From assembly GCA_965228735.1 (NCBI GenBank), contig OZ245838.1, forward strand, positions 3,808,001 through 3,872,000: DNA of 64,000 nucleotides. Direction: 5' to 3'. Positions 10,479 to 19,105 of this stretch are shown in pieces; the first letter of the stretch is position 1, and each line of letters starts with the position of its first letter. The notes under the pieces were generated by a model. That model was not told where the DNA came from. It did no database searches and was given only the letters and a program-made list of their open reading frames with translations. The translations under genes were made by a program, and so were the position numbers. Source of the DNA: Planctomycetota bacterium. Lineage in GTDB: Bacteria > Planctomycetota > UBA1135 > UBA2386.

Positions 10479-10669
10479 CTGCTGGACCTCCGAGCGAGGC
10501 CAGAGGAGTCGCGCCCGGGCCGTGCACATTCAATGCACCAGCTTCCCCGTGGCCCGAACCGGGGCCGAATCGCGCGCTCACAGTCATCGTTAAGCCTTTG
10601 CCCTAAATCGATATACGGCTTTCTTGCCGCCGCCCGGGCAGACTTCCCTCAAGTCCCCCGCTGGACAGA

Positions 10670-10728
10670 TACGACATGATGTCGTAGAGAAACGACTCGT
10701 TGTCGTAGACCTGCGACACCTTGTCGTA
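10670..10728. promoter_or_regulatory. Three tandem palindromic operator boxes (TACGAC-N5-GTCGTA) with 21-bp period; putative BlaI operator
   Basis: TACGACatgatGTCGTA (10670-10686), AACGACtcgttGTCGTA (10691-10707), TGCGACaccttGTCGTA (10712-10728), immediately upstream of the blaI-like gene. Confidence 0.8.
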
Positions 10729-10755
10729 GCACCATCCAGCCGCGACGATTCCCCG

Positions 10756-11205
10756 ATGCACTCACCCCTGGCCAACGCCGAACTCGCCGTGATGGAGCTG
10801 CTGTGGCAGCACCCCGCCCTCACGGCCCGCCAGCTTCGCGAGCAGCTCTACCCGGGCTCCGACAAGGCGCAGCACGGCACCGTGCAACGCCTGCTGCAGC
10901 GGCTCGAGGACAAGGGCTTCGTCACGCGGGACCGCACGCTGCCCGTCCACCGCTTCAGCGCGAAGATGTCGCGCGAGGCGTACGCCGGCAGCCAGCTCGA
11001 ATCGCTGACGGACAAGCTCACGGGCGGCTCGCTCGCGCCGGTCATCACGCACCTGCTCGAGGAGAAGCGGATCTCGAGCCGTGAGATCGAACGTCTGCGC
11101 GCGATCCTCGGCGGCGGTTCGGACGAGGATCGTGACGACGGGTCGACCGGCCAGGACGCCGATCCCCGCGATCGGGATCTCCGTGATTCGGGAGGCGAAC
11201 GATGA
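10756..11205 (+). CDS. BlaI/MecI/CopY family transcriptional repressor
   Basis: LANAELAVMELLW...TVQRLLQRLEDKGFV...GGSLAPVITHLLE...EIERLRAIL; overlaps the M56 gene start. Confidence 0.92.
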   Translation: MHSPLANAELAVMELLWQHPALTARQLREQLYPGSDKAQHGTVQRLLQRLEDKGFVTRDRTLPVHRFSAKMSREAYAGSQLESLTDKLTGGSLAPVITHLLEEKRISSREIERLRAILGGGSDEDRDDGSTGQDADPRDRDLRDSGGER

Positions 11206-14198
11206 TCGCCACGATGACGGACACGGTGCTCGGCTTCGGCGCGAGCAACCTCGCGGTGTCGGCGGCGATCGCAGCGCTCGCATGGTTCTGTCAGCGCGTT
11301 CTGCGCAGCCCCGCGCTCGCCCACGTGCTGTGGATCCTCGTGCTGGCCAAGCTGCTGACGCCGCCGCTCATCGGCGTGCCCGTGCTGCCCCTGGCCGCCG
11401 AGGCCGAGAACGTGGTCGCGATGCCGATCGCCACGCCGGTCGCGCTGGGCGCCGCGAACGATACGAGCTTCGCGGTCGACGCCGTCGCCGGCGAACCGAC
11501 TGACGAGAGCATCGCCGCGACCATCGATTGGGCGAGTGTGATGTGGTGGCTGGCCGCGGTGTGGTTCCTCGGCAGCGCGTTCGTGCTCGTCGCGACGACG
11601 CTGCGCATCCGGCGCTTCGACCGCCTGCTGCGCATCGCCGCGCAACCCGCCGGGCCGGCGATCCAGCAGCGCGCGCGCCGGCTCGCGAGCAGGCTCGGGC
11701 TCGCGCGCACGCCCACGATCCTGCTCACCCCGGCCAACGTCTCACCGATGGTGTGGTGGGTCGGCGGCGCCGTTCGCATCTACCTGCCGGCCGACCTGCC
11801 GTCGCGCATCTCGGGCGGCGACCTGCACTGGGTGCTGGCCCACGAACTCGCCCACGTGCGCCGCCGCGACCACCTCGTGCGCTGGCTCGAGTGGCTCGCG
11901 TGCGTGGCGTTCTGGTGGAACCCGATCGCGTGGTGGGCGCGCCGCAACCTGCGGCAGAACGAAGAGGTCTGCTGCGACGCGCTCGTGCTGCGGACGTTCT
12001 CCCCGACTCCCAAGACCTACGCGAACTCGCTGCTCACCGTGGTGGAGTTCCTGGCCAAGCCGGCTGTCCGCCCACCGGCAATGGCGAGCGAGATCGACAG
12101 CGGCGGCTTCCTCGAACGGAGATTCCGAATGATCGTCGGCAAGACCCCTATCCACTCGACGCCGCGCTGGCTGCAGGTCACCGCGCTGCTGATCACCACC
12201 CTCGCCCTGCCGCTCGGTTTGGCGAGCGCGCAAGAGCCCGACGTGAAGGCCGTCGGCGCCCGCATCAAGCAGGCCGTGAAGGCCGGTGAGCTCACGCCGG
12301 CCCAGGCCCGCACGATGATGCGCGCGCTGCAGGGCGACACGGGCAAGCAGGACCCGAAGAAGGACCCGAAGAAGGGCAAGAAGAAGGCCAAGGACACGGT
12401 CAAGGCCGGCAAGGTGCGCCGCGTTCGGATCGAGGAGCCGGAGGAGATCGAGGAGATCGAGGTCGAAGCCGGCGGCGTGGAGGTCGAGGTCGAGATCGAA
12501 TCGCCGCGCGTCTCGATCGAGATCGAAGTCGGCCCGCCCGAGGTCGAGGTCGAGGAGATCGAAGTCGTCGAGGAGGTCGTCGAAGAACCCGTCTTCGAGC
12601 AACCGCGGCGCGTCCGCGAGCGGCTGCGCAAGGTCGAACGGGACACGGCCGTGCGCGAACGGATGCAGCGGGAACGTGACGTTCGTCGTGACCAGGCCCG
12701 GGCCCGTGCAGCCGAGCGCCGTGACCGGGCTCGCGTCGAGCGCGATACCCGACAAGAAGAGCTGAAGCGCCGAGCCGCAGTTCGCAGAGCGGAATACGAA
12801 GTGCGCAAGAAGCGCGCGACGGAAGCCAAGGAGAAGCTGAAGTGGCGCGCGCCGAGCGACGAGCGCGAAACCGAGGAGCGCAAGAAGCGTGACACCGAAC
12901 GCAAGCGTGGGTCCGAAGCGCGCAAGAAGTGGAACTCGGCTGTCGGCCTCGGCGGCGGCGCGGGCGGCGAAGCACGGCAGCGCGCACGGGACCTCGCCGA
13001 GTTGAAGCGCCGCGCGGCGGTCCGCAAGACGGAGTTCGAAGACCTCGAGAAGCGCGCTGCGCAAACCAAGGAGAAGCTGAAGTGGCGCGCGCGGAGCGAC
13101 CAGCGCGAGGCCGAGGAGCGCACGAAGCGCGACACCGAACGGAAGCGCCGGTCGGAGGCACGCGAACGCTGGAACTCGGCGATCGGCCAGGGCCGCGGCG
13201 AAGGTGGCCAGTCGCGACTGCGCGAGCGCGAGATCGCGGAGATGAAGCGAGCGGCCGCACTCCGGGTGCGCGCTGCGCAGCGCGCGACCGACGCAGCGAA
13301 CGAGCGCGAGATCGCGCGGAAGCAGCTGCAGGAACGCGCGCGCGACCTCGCGGAGAAGGCACGGGACCAGCGCATGCGCGAGGTGCAGGAAGAACTGGAC
13401 CGCGCCCGCGGGCGCCTCACCGAGGTCGAGGCCAAGGCCAAGGCGGAGGCCGAGAAGGCCGAGCAAGGCGCGAAGCGCCGGCCGCGGGGCCGCGTTCGCC
13501 GCAGTTCGGTCCAGAAGCCGAAGGCCGACTACGAAGCCAACTACCGGGATGCCATCCGCGCGACCAACGAGGCCCGCGCCGCGTCACGCATCCGCTCGAT
13601 GAAACAGCAGCTCGTCGAACGCGAGGCGGCGATGGCGGAGCGTCAGGCCGAGCTCACCGACCGGGCGAGCCGAATCGCGGACCTGACCGAGGCGCACAAG
13701 GCGCTGGCCGACGCCGTCAAGGCCGGCAAGATCGACAAGGAAATGGCCGCGGCGCGCTTCCTCACGACGCGCAACAAGCTCGAGGCGGCCCAGGCTCGCA
13801 TCGCCGAGCAGAAAGCGCAGCTCGACGACGTGACCCGGCAACACGCGGAGCTGCGGAAGCGCTACTCGGAGTCCGCGGCGCCGGCGCGCCGGGCCGGTGC
13901 AGACCGGAAGCGGCAGGCCGAGCTGCGGTGGCGCGAGGTCCAGGCCGAGCGTGAGGCCGCCGACAAGAAGCGCGACGCCCAACTGCGCTGGAAGAAGCTC
14001 GACAAGAAGCAGATCGAAGCGCAGGTCGAGGCGGTCCGGCGGCAGTATCAGGAGAACCGGAGCCGGACAGCCGAGCTCGAAGCCGGCCTGATGCGCCAGA
14101 AGGAGCTCGAAGCCGCGCGAATCAACGCCGAGAACAAGGCGAAGAAGGCCGCCGAGCTGCGCGGCAAGCGGCGCTCGAAGAAGAGCGCGGTGCGCTGA
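11202..14198 (+). CDS. M56 family (BlaR1/MecR1-like) metallopeptidase with long charged coiled-coil C-terminal region
   Basis: N-terminal TM helices, LAHELAHVRRRDH (HExxH), FWWNP, EEVCCD; the C-terminal 655 aa are E/R/K/A-rich with no penicillin-binding domain. Confidence 0.9.
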   Translation: MIATMTDTVLGFGASNLAVSAAIAALAWFCQRVLRSPALAHVLWILVLAKLLTPPLIGVPVLPLAAEAENVVAMPIATPVALGAANDTSFAVDAVAGEPTDESIAATIDWASVMWWLAAVWFLGSAFVLVATTLRIRRFDRLLRIAAQPAGPAIQQRARRLASRLGLARTPTILLTPANVSPMVWWVGGAVRIYLPADLPSRISGGDLHWVLAHELAHVRRRDHLVRWLEWLACVAFWWNPIAWWARRNLRQNEEVCCDALVLRTFSPTPKTYANSLLTVVEFLAKPAVRPPAMASEIDSGGFLERRFRMIVGKTPIHSTPRWLQVTALLITTLALPLGLASAQEPDVKAVGARIKQAVKAGELTPAQARTMMRALQGDTGKQDPKKDPKKGKKKAKDTVKAGKVRRVRIEEPEEIEEIEVEAGGVEVEVEIESPRVSIEIEVGPPEVEVEEIEVVEEVVEEPVFEQPRRVRERLRKVERDTAVRERMQRERDVRRDQARARAAERRDRARVERDTRQEELKRRAAVRRAEYEVRKKRATEAKEKLKWRAPSDERETEERKKRDTERKRGSEARKKWNSAVGLGGGAGGEARQRARDLAELKRRAAVRKTEFEDLEKRAAQTKEKLKWRARSDQREAEERTKRDTERKRRSEARERWNSAIGQGRGEGGQSRLREREIAEMKRAAALRVRAAQRATDAANEREIARKQLQERARDLAEKARDQRMREVQEELDRARGRLTEVEAKAKAEAEKAEQGAKRRPRGRVRRSSVQKPKADYEANYRDAIRATNEARAASRIRSMKQQLVEREAAMAERQAELTDRASRIADLTEAHKALADAVKAGKIDKEMAAARFLTTRNKLEAAQARIAEQKAQLDDVTRQHAELRKRYSESAAPARRAGADRKRQAELRWREVQAEREAADKKRDAQLRWKKLDKKQIEAQVEAVRRQYQENRSRTAELEAGLMRQKELEAARINAENKAKKAAELRGKRRSKKSAVR
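12759..13260 (+). repeat. Internal tandem duplication of about 240 nt (80 aa) in the M56 gene
   Basis: GAGAAGCTGAAGTGGCGCGC occurs at 12831 and 13071, exactly 240 nt apart; the protein unit ELKRRAAVR...KEKLKWRA...WNSA[VI]GxGxG is repeated twice. Confidence 0.88.
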
Positions 14199-14208
14199 GA
14201 TGGGGGCT

Positions 14209-14235
14209 GGGAACCGCCGTGTTTCGGCGGTTCCC
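14209..14235. terminator. GC-rich hairpin after the M56 gene, between convergent genes
   Basis: GGGAACCGCCG-tgttt-CGGCGGTTCCC, an 11-bp perfect stem with no U-tract. Confidence 0.55.
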
Positions 14236-14418
14236 GGCGGCGAGATGGATCCGCGGCTGCAGCCGCCGAGGACCGGATCTGCCGCGCGCGCTTCGCGAAG
14301 GCGCTCGAACTCCGCGCCGCTCCAGCCACGGATCTCGACGCCCTGCTCGAGCTGGTCGAGAGCAGCGAGACCGACCACGACCGCTGACCGCTGACCGCAC
14401 AGCGGGCCATACGGCGCA

Positions 14419-15792
14419 CTACTGGTGGATGGCGCCCTCGACCATCCGATTCGGGCGGCCGTCCTCCTTGTGCAGCGTGAAGCGATCGAACAGATCACCC
14501 ACCGCCGTGTAGGCCGAGAACCGCAGCGTGTCGCCGTCGATCGTGATGACCTGGTAGAGCTGCGTGTTCTGCGCCGTGCGCTCCATCACCGGCTTCTTGT
14601 CGACGGTGTACATCTTGGGACCGCTGACCGAGACGACGTAGACCGTGCCGGTCTCGTCGCTGCGCGCGCGCACGCCGACGGGCACGTTCTCCGGCTCGAC
14701 GTGTTCGTGCTCCGCTTCGCCCGCGTGACTGTGCCGCACGCGCGTCGTGCGGCCGTACGTGTGATCGTGACCCTGCAGCACGATGTCGACCGCGTGCTTG
14801 TCGATCACGGGCTGCAGGTACTTGCGCAGATCGGGATTGTCGCGCCTCTTGGCCGCCGAGTACATCGGGTAGTGCGTCGTGATGATCGTCCAACGGGGTC
14901 GATCCGGCTGTGACAACACCTCGTCGAGCCAGCGAGCCTGCGGCTCGAGCTCCTCGTCGTCGGGCTCGGTGTCGAGCGAGATGATGCGCGCGCCCTGGTA
15001 GTCGATGTAGTAGACGGTCTCCGCCCACTCGTCGTGACCGGCCGGGCCGTTGAGCGGGAACTCGAACGTCGGCCGCCAGTTTCGCGACAGCTTGCCGCGG
15101 CTGTACTCGTGATTGCCCGGCGTCGCGATCGACGGGATCGTGCGGAAGATCCAGCCCCCGCTGTAGAACCACTCGCCCCACTCGTGGTCGGCGTTGGCGC
15201 GGTTGATGAGATCGCCCGCGTGCAGCAGGAAGCTCGCGCGCGGCGCCTCCTTGAACGCTTCGCGCACGACGCGGGACCAGTGCGATTTCACGTCGTTCTG
15301 GGCGTCGCCGAAGTAGACGAACGAGAACGGGGCCGGCTCGGCCGTCGCCGTGGTGAAGTGACTCCACTCGCTCCAGACCTCGTCGTCGCCCACCCGGTAG
15401 GCGTACTTCGTGCCGGGCTCGAGATCGCGGATCGTCGCCGTGTGATACAGCGCCTCACCGAGATCGGTTGCGAGCGACTGACTCGTGGCCATGACGTCCC
15501 GCGGATTTTTCGCGAACTCGGGGCCCTTGGTTGCGACCGCATACTCGACGACCGGTTCCTCGGCGGTCGCGTCGGTGCGCCACGTCACCGTCTGGGTCGT
15601 GCTCGGATCGGCGGCCCAGGTCAGCATGATGCGATCCGGGGTCCGGGTCGGCGCGAAGTCGACGCGCCGGGCCAGCTCGGATGCCGCGGTCTCTTTCGGC
15701 GGCGACCAGCCCGGCTCGGTCGGGGCGATGCCACAGCCGGCAAACGCGACGAGAGGCCCGGCGACGATGACAAGATGGACGTTGGCTCGCAT
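14419..15792 (-). CDS. Purple acid phosphatase-like metallophosphoesterase (FN3 + calcineurin-like), lipoprotein
   Basis: FGDAQ, AGDLIN, PGNHEY and QGHDHTY motifs; VAFAGC lipobox. Confidence 0.9.
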   Translation of the reverse strand: MRANVHLVIVAGPLVAFAGCGIAPTEPGWSPPKETAASELARRVDFAPTRTPDRIMLTWAADPSTTQTVTWRTDATAEEPVVEYAVATKGPEFAKNPRDVMATSQSLATDLGEALYHTATIRDLEPGTKYAYRVGDDEVWSEWSHFTTATAEPAPFSFVYFGDAQNDVKSHWSRVVREAFKEAPRASFLLHAGDLINRANADHEWGEWFYSGGWIFRTIPSIATPGNHEYSRGKLSRNWRPTFEFPLNGPAGHDEWAETVYYIDYQGARIISLDTEPDDEELEPQARWLDEVLSQPDRPRWTIITTHYPMYSAAKRRDNPDLRKYLQPVIDKHAVDIVLQGHDHTYGRTTRVRHSHAGEAEHEHVEPENVPVGVRARSDETGTVYVVSVSGPKMYTVDKKPVMERTAQNTQLYQVITIDGDTLRFSAYTAVGDLFDRFTLHKEDGRPNRMVEGAIHQ

Positions 15793-15855
15793 TCCTCGGA
15801 CGGTAGCGGCAACGCCCGCCGCGAACAGTGAAGGTTGCGTTCCCGATCCCGATCG

Positions 15856-16401
15856 TCATCCGCCCAACCACCGCGCGAACACCCGCGTGAGGAACGGCGA
15901 CACGACCCAGGTCATGAGCGCGACCCCGCAGAGCAGCGACACGAACTGCGAGAGCGCAGCAGGCCAGCTCACGAGCAGCGGACCGAGCAGCGCCTGCAGC
16001 AACAGGACGGTGGGATACAACCCGAGCATCACGAGCACCGCGGTCTTGTAGCGCGGCGGTGGCGCGCTGCCGTGATGCGGCAGCGTGAACCACCGCTCCA
16101 TCCCGGCGAGCGATTGGATCTCCTCGTGCTCGATCGCGATCGGCGCGAGTTTCGCGAGCCAGGCAGCGCGTTCCTCGGAATCGAGCCACTCGCGCATGTG
16201 CGCATCCGAGTCGAAGTGCGTGATCGCGACGTAGTCGGCGCGCGCATCGGATGGTCGCAGGATCGTCGTGCCGAGGTTGCCGCGATACTGCGCGGCCGCG
16301 TGGTTGATGCCCGCGAGCCACTCCTCGTAGGCCGCCTCGCTGCCGGCGCGGACCCGCCGCGCGAAGATCGTGGCCACGGGGCAGGGTTCACGCGCGCTCA
16401 T
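15856..16401 (-). CDS. Antibiotic biosynthesis monooxygenase-like domain membrane protein
   Basis: RRVRAGSEAAYEEWL...HFDSDAHMREWLDSEER...GMERWF...PPRYKTAVLV plus two TM helices; ATG 16401. Confidence 0.8.
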   Translation of the reverse strand: MSAREPCPVATIFARRVRAGSEAAYEEWLAGINHAAAQYRGNLGTTILRPSDARADYVAITHFDSDAHMREWLDSEERAAWLAKLAPIAIEHEEIQSLAGMERWFTLPHHGSAPPPRYKTAVLVMLGLYPTVLLLQALLGPLLVSWPAALSQFVSLLCGVALMTWVVSPFLTRVFARWLGG

Positions 16402-16485
16402 CGTCACCGGTTTGTATCGCCTCGTTCGCCGGAACCCAGCCGACCGACCGCGACGATTCCCCCGACCCGAACTAAGCTCGCGCGC

Positions 16486-17385
16486 GTGACTACCCGGATC
16501 ATCCAGGCCCGAACGCGCGAGGTCGGCGGCATGCAGGTGCTGCGACCGTTGCCGACGCGCGAACAACGCTCGATCGGGCCGTTCGTGTTCCTCGACGAGC
16601 TCGGCCCGCTCGTTCTCCCGGCCGGCCAGGGCCTCGACGTGCCGCCGCATCCGCACATCGGTCTGTCGACGCTCACGTATCGACTGACGGGTGAGCTGCT
16701 GCACCGCGACTCGCTCGGCTGCACTCAGGAGATCCGACCAGGCGCCGTCAACTGGATGACGGCGGGCCGCGGGGTGACGCATTCCGAACGTTCGACCGCG
16801 ATCGAACGCGACCCCGACTTCGAGGTTCACGGCGTGCAGCTCTGGGTCGCGCTGCCGCCCGAGCAGGAGGAGGTCGAACCGAGCTTCGAGCATCACCCCG
16901 AGGACTCGCTCCCGCGGCTGCGTGAGGGCAACGTCGACGTGCACGTCATCGCGGGCAGCGCGCTCGGCGCGACCTCGCCCGTGACGGTCCATTCGCCGCT
17001 GTTCTGCCTGGCCGCGACCTGGAAGGGTGACGGCGAGCTCACGCTCGATCCGGCGCTCGGCGAACGCGCCGCCTACCCGCTCGTCGGCGAGCTCACGCTG
17101 CCGGCTGACCGCGAGCACGATGCAACGGAGCGCGGCAAGCTCGGGCGTGGTCAACTCGCGATCTTCGCGGCCGGCGAGCCTGCAACCATCCGGGCGAACG
17201 CCGGCACGCGCGCATTGCTCTTCGGCGGCCCGGCCCGCACGGCACCACTCCACATGCACTGGAACTACGTCTCTTCCGACAGTGAGCGCCTCCTCGCGGC
17301 ACGGCGCCGGTGGGCCGACGGCGAGTTCCCGCCCGTCGTCGGCGACGACGACGCCCCCGTTCCCGATCCTGCAGGACGACCATGA
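16486..17385 (+). CDS. Pirin family protein
   Basis: IGPFVFLD, PPHPHIGLSTLTY, HRDSLG, VNWMTAGRGVTHSE, HGVQLWVALP; GTG 16486. Confidence 0.92.
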   Translation: MTTRIIQARTREVGGMQVLRPLPTREQRSIGPFVFLDELGPLVLPAGQGLDVPPHPHIGLSTLTYRLTGELLHRDSLGCTQEIRPGAVNWMTAGRGVTHSERSTAIERDPDFEVHGVQLWVALPPEQEEVEPSFEHHPEDSLPRLREGNVDVHVIAGSALGATSPVTVHSPLFCLAATWKGDGELTLDPALGERAAYPLVGELTLPADREHDATERGKLGRGQLAIFAAGEPATIRANAGTRALLFGGPARTAPLHMHWNYVSSDSERLLAARRRWADGEFPPVVGDDDAPVPDPAGRP

Positions 17386-18980
17386 CGATGCTTCTTCGCG
17401 CGACCGTGATCGCGACCGCTCTCGCCGCGACCCTCGCCGGCCGCGCGGTCGCGCAGAAACTCCCCAACATCGTGATCGTCTACGCCGACGACCTCGGCTA
17501 CGGCGATCTGTCCTGTTACAACCCGGACAGCAAGTACGAGACGCCGCGCCTCGACCGCATGGCGCGCGAGGGCATCCGCTTCACCGACGCGCACAGCCCG
17601 TCGACGATCTGTTCACCGTCGCGCTACGGCCTGCTGTCGGGCCAGCAGATCTACCGTTCGACCGGTCGCGGCGGCGGCGCGTGGGAAGGCCCGGGCGGAC
17701 CGAGCTATCTCAAACCCGGCACGTTGACGCTCGGCGGCATGCTGCAGAGCAAGGGCTACCGCACCGGCGTCTTCGGCAAGTGGCACGTCGGGCTCACGTG
17801 GTTCGACGAGGACGGCAAGAAGCTCGGCGGCGGCTTCAAGAACTCGCTGCTCATCGACTACGAGAAGAGCACGCCGCTCGTCGACGGTCCGCAGACGCGC
17901 GGCTTCGACAGCTCGTTCGTCACGCCCAACTGCCCGACGACGGATCCGCTCTACCTCTACATCGAGAACGGCATGGTGCCCGTGCCCGCGACCAAGCGGC
18001 ATAAGCGCGCGACGCTGCCCAACCCGGGCGGCAAGTGGCGCTGGGACAACGACGAAGGCTGGATGGCCGAGGGCTACGAGTTCGTGAACGCGGACCTGCT
18101 GTTCTTCGACAAGGCGAAGCAATTCGTGACCGCGCACCGGCAGCAGCACGCCGACGAGCCGTTCTTCCTGCTGCTCTCGACGCAGATCTGCCACGCGCCG
18201 GTTCTGCCGGGCGAAGGTTTCGACGGCGCGACGAAGGCCGGCCCGCGCGGTGACTTCGTGCGCCAGCTCGACACGCTCGTCGGCCGCGTGTTCGACCTGC
18301 TCGAGACCGTCGGCGCGGCGGACGACACGATCGTGCTGTTCAACTCCGACAACGGTCCCGAGACCCGGCACGTGATCTGGATGCGCGCGGACCACGGGCA
18401 CGATCCCGCGGGCGGCTGGCGCGGCATGAAGCGCGACGGTTGGGAGGGCGGTCATCGCGTGCCGTTCCTCGCGTGGTGGCCGAGCCGCATCCCGGCGGGC
18501 CAGGTGTCGGACCAGATGACCAACACGACCGACATCTTCGCGACGCTCGCGTCCGTCGTCGGCTTCGACCTGCCCGACGACCAGGCCCGCGACAGCTTCG
18601 ACATGCTGCCCGCGATGCTCGGCACGCAGCCCGAGGGCGAGAGCATCCGCCCGCACCTGCTGACCCAGAGCTTCCGCGGCGAGTTCCAGATCCGCCAGGG
18701 CCGGTGGAAGTACCTCGACCACCAGGGCTCGGGCGGCAACAACTACGAACGCGGCAAGATGCAGGCCTTCGTCCTGCCAGAGACCGAGCCGGACGCGGCG
18801 GGGCAGCTCTACGACCTCGCGCAGGACCCGGGCGAGACGACGAACCTGTTCTTCCGCGCGGAGAGCAAGCGCAAGGAACTGCAGGCCCTGCTGGCCGAGC
18901 TGAAGTCGAGCGGCCGCAGCGCGCCGATCGGCCGCCGTGCGATCGGCATCGAGAACATCGCGCGCGTCGACAAGAAGTAG
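17382..18980 (+). CDS. Sulfatase (S1, Cys-type formylglycine), exported
   Basis: PNIVIVYADDLGYGD, CSPSR, GKWHVG, SDNG, EGGHRVP. Confidence 0.93.
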   Translation: MTMLLRATVIATALAATLAGRAVAQKLPNIVIVYADDLGYGDLSCYNPDSKYETPRLDRMAREGIRFTDAHSPSTICSPSRYGLLSGQQIYRSTGRGGGAWEGPGGPSYLKPGTLTLGGMLQSKGYRTGVFGKWHVGLTWFDEDGKKLGGGFKNSLLIDYEKSTPLVDGPQTRGFDSSFVTPNCPTTDPLYLYIENGMVPVPATKRHKRATLPNPGGKWRWDNDEGWMAEGYEFVNADLLFFDKAKQFVTAHRQQHADEPFFLLLSTQICHAPVLPGEGFDGATKAGPRGDFVRQLDTLVGRVFDLLETVGAADDTIVLFNSDNGPETRHVIWMRADHGHDPAGGWRGMKRDGWEGGHRVPFLAWWPSRIPAGQVSDQMTNTTDIFATLASVVGFDLPDDQARDSFDMLPAMLGTQPEGESIRPHLLTQSFRGEFQIRQGRWKYLDHQGSGGNNYERGKMQAFVLPETEPDAAGQLYDLAQDPGETTNLFFRAESKRKELQALLAELKSSGRSAPIGRRAIGIENIARVDKK

Positions 18981-19105
18981 CGCCGAGTGTACGAAGACGA
19001 GGGCCGCAGCCGCGTGTTGGAGTTCGCGGAGACCCGCGATCCGGCTGCCGAGAAACATCGAGAACCCAGTCAGGTCGCACCGATTCGCGACATCGCGCCA
19101 CTGCC

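Noticed and set aside
10480..10625. Riboswitch or ncRNA upstream of the DNA ligase
   Set aside because: There is an AT-rich patch and a weak GTGCA...TGCAC repeat, but no recognisable aptamer consensus; it is most likely just promoter DNA.
14245..14400. Coding-like stretch (AAEDRICRARFAKALEL...DHDR*) and GACCGCT x3 microrepeat
   Set aside because: No start codon or recognisable family; too short to support a call.
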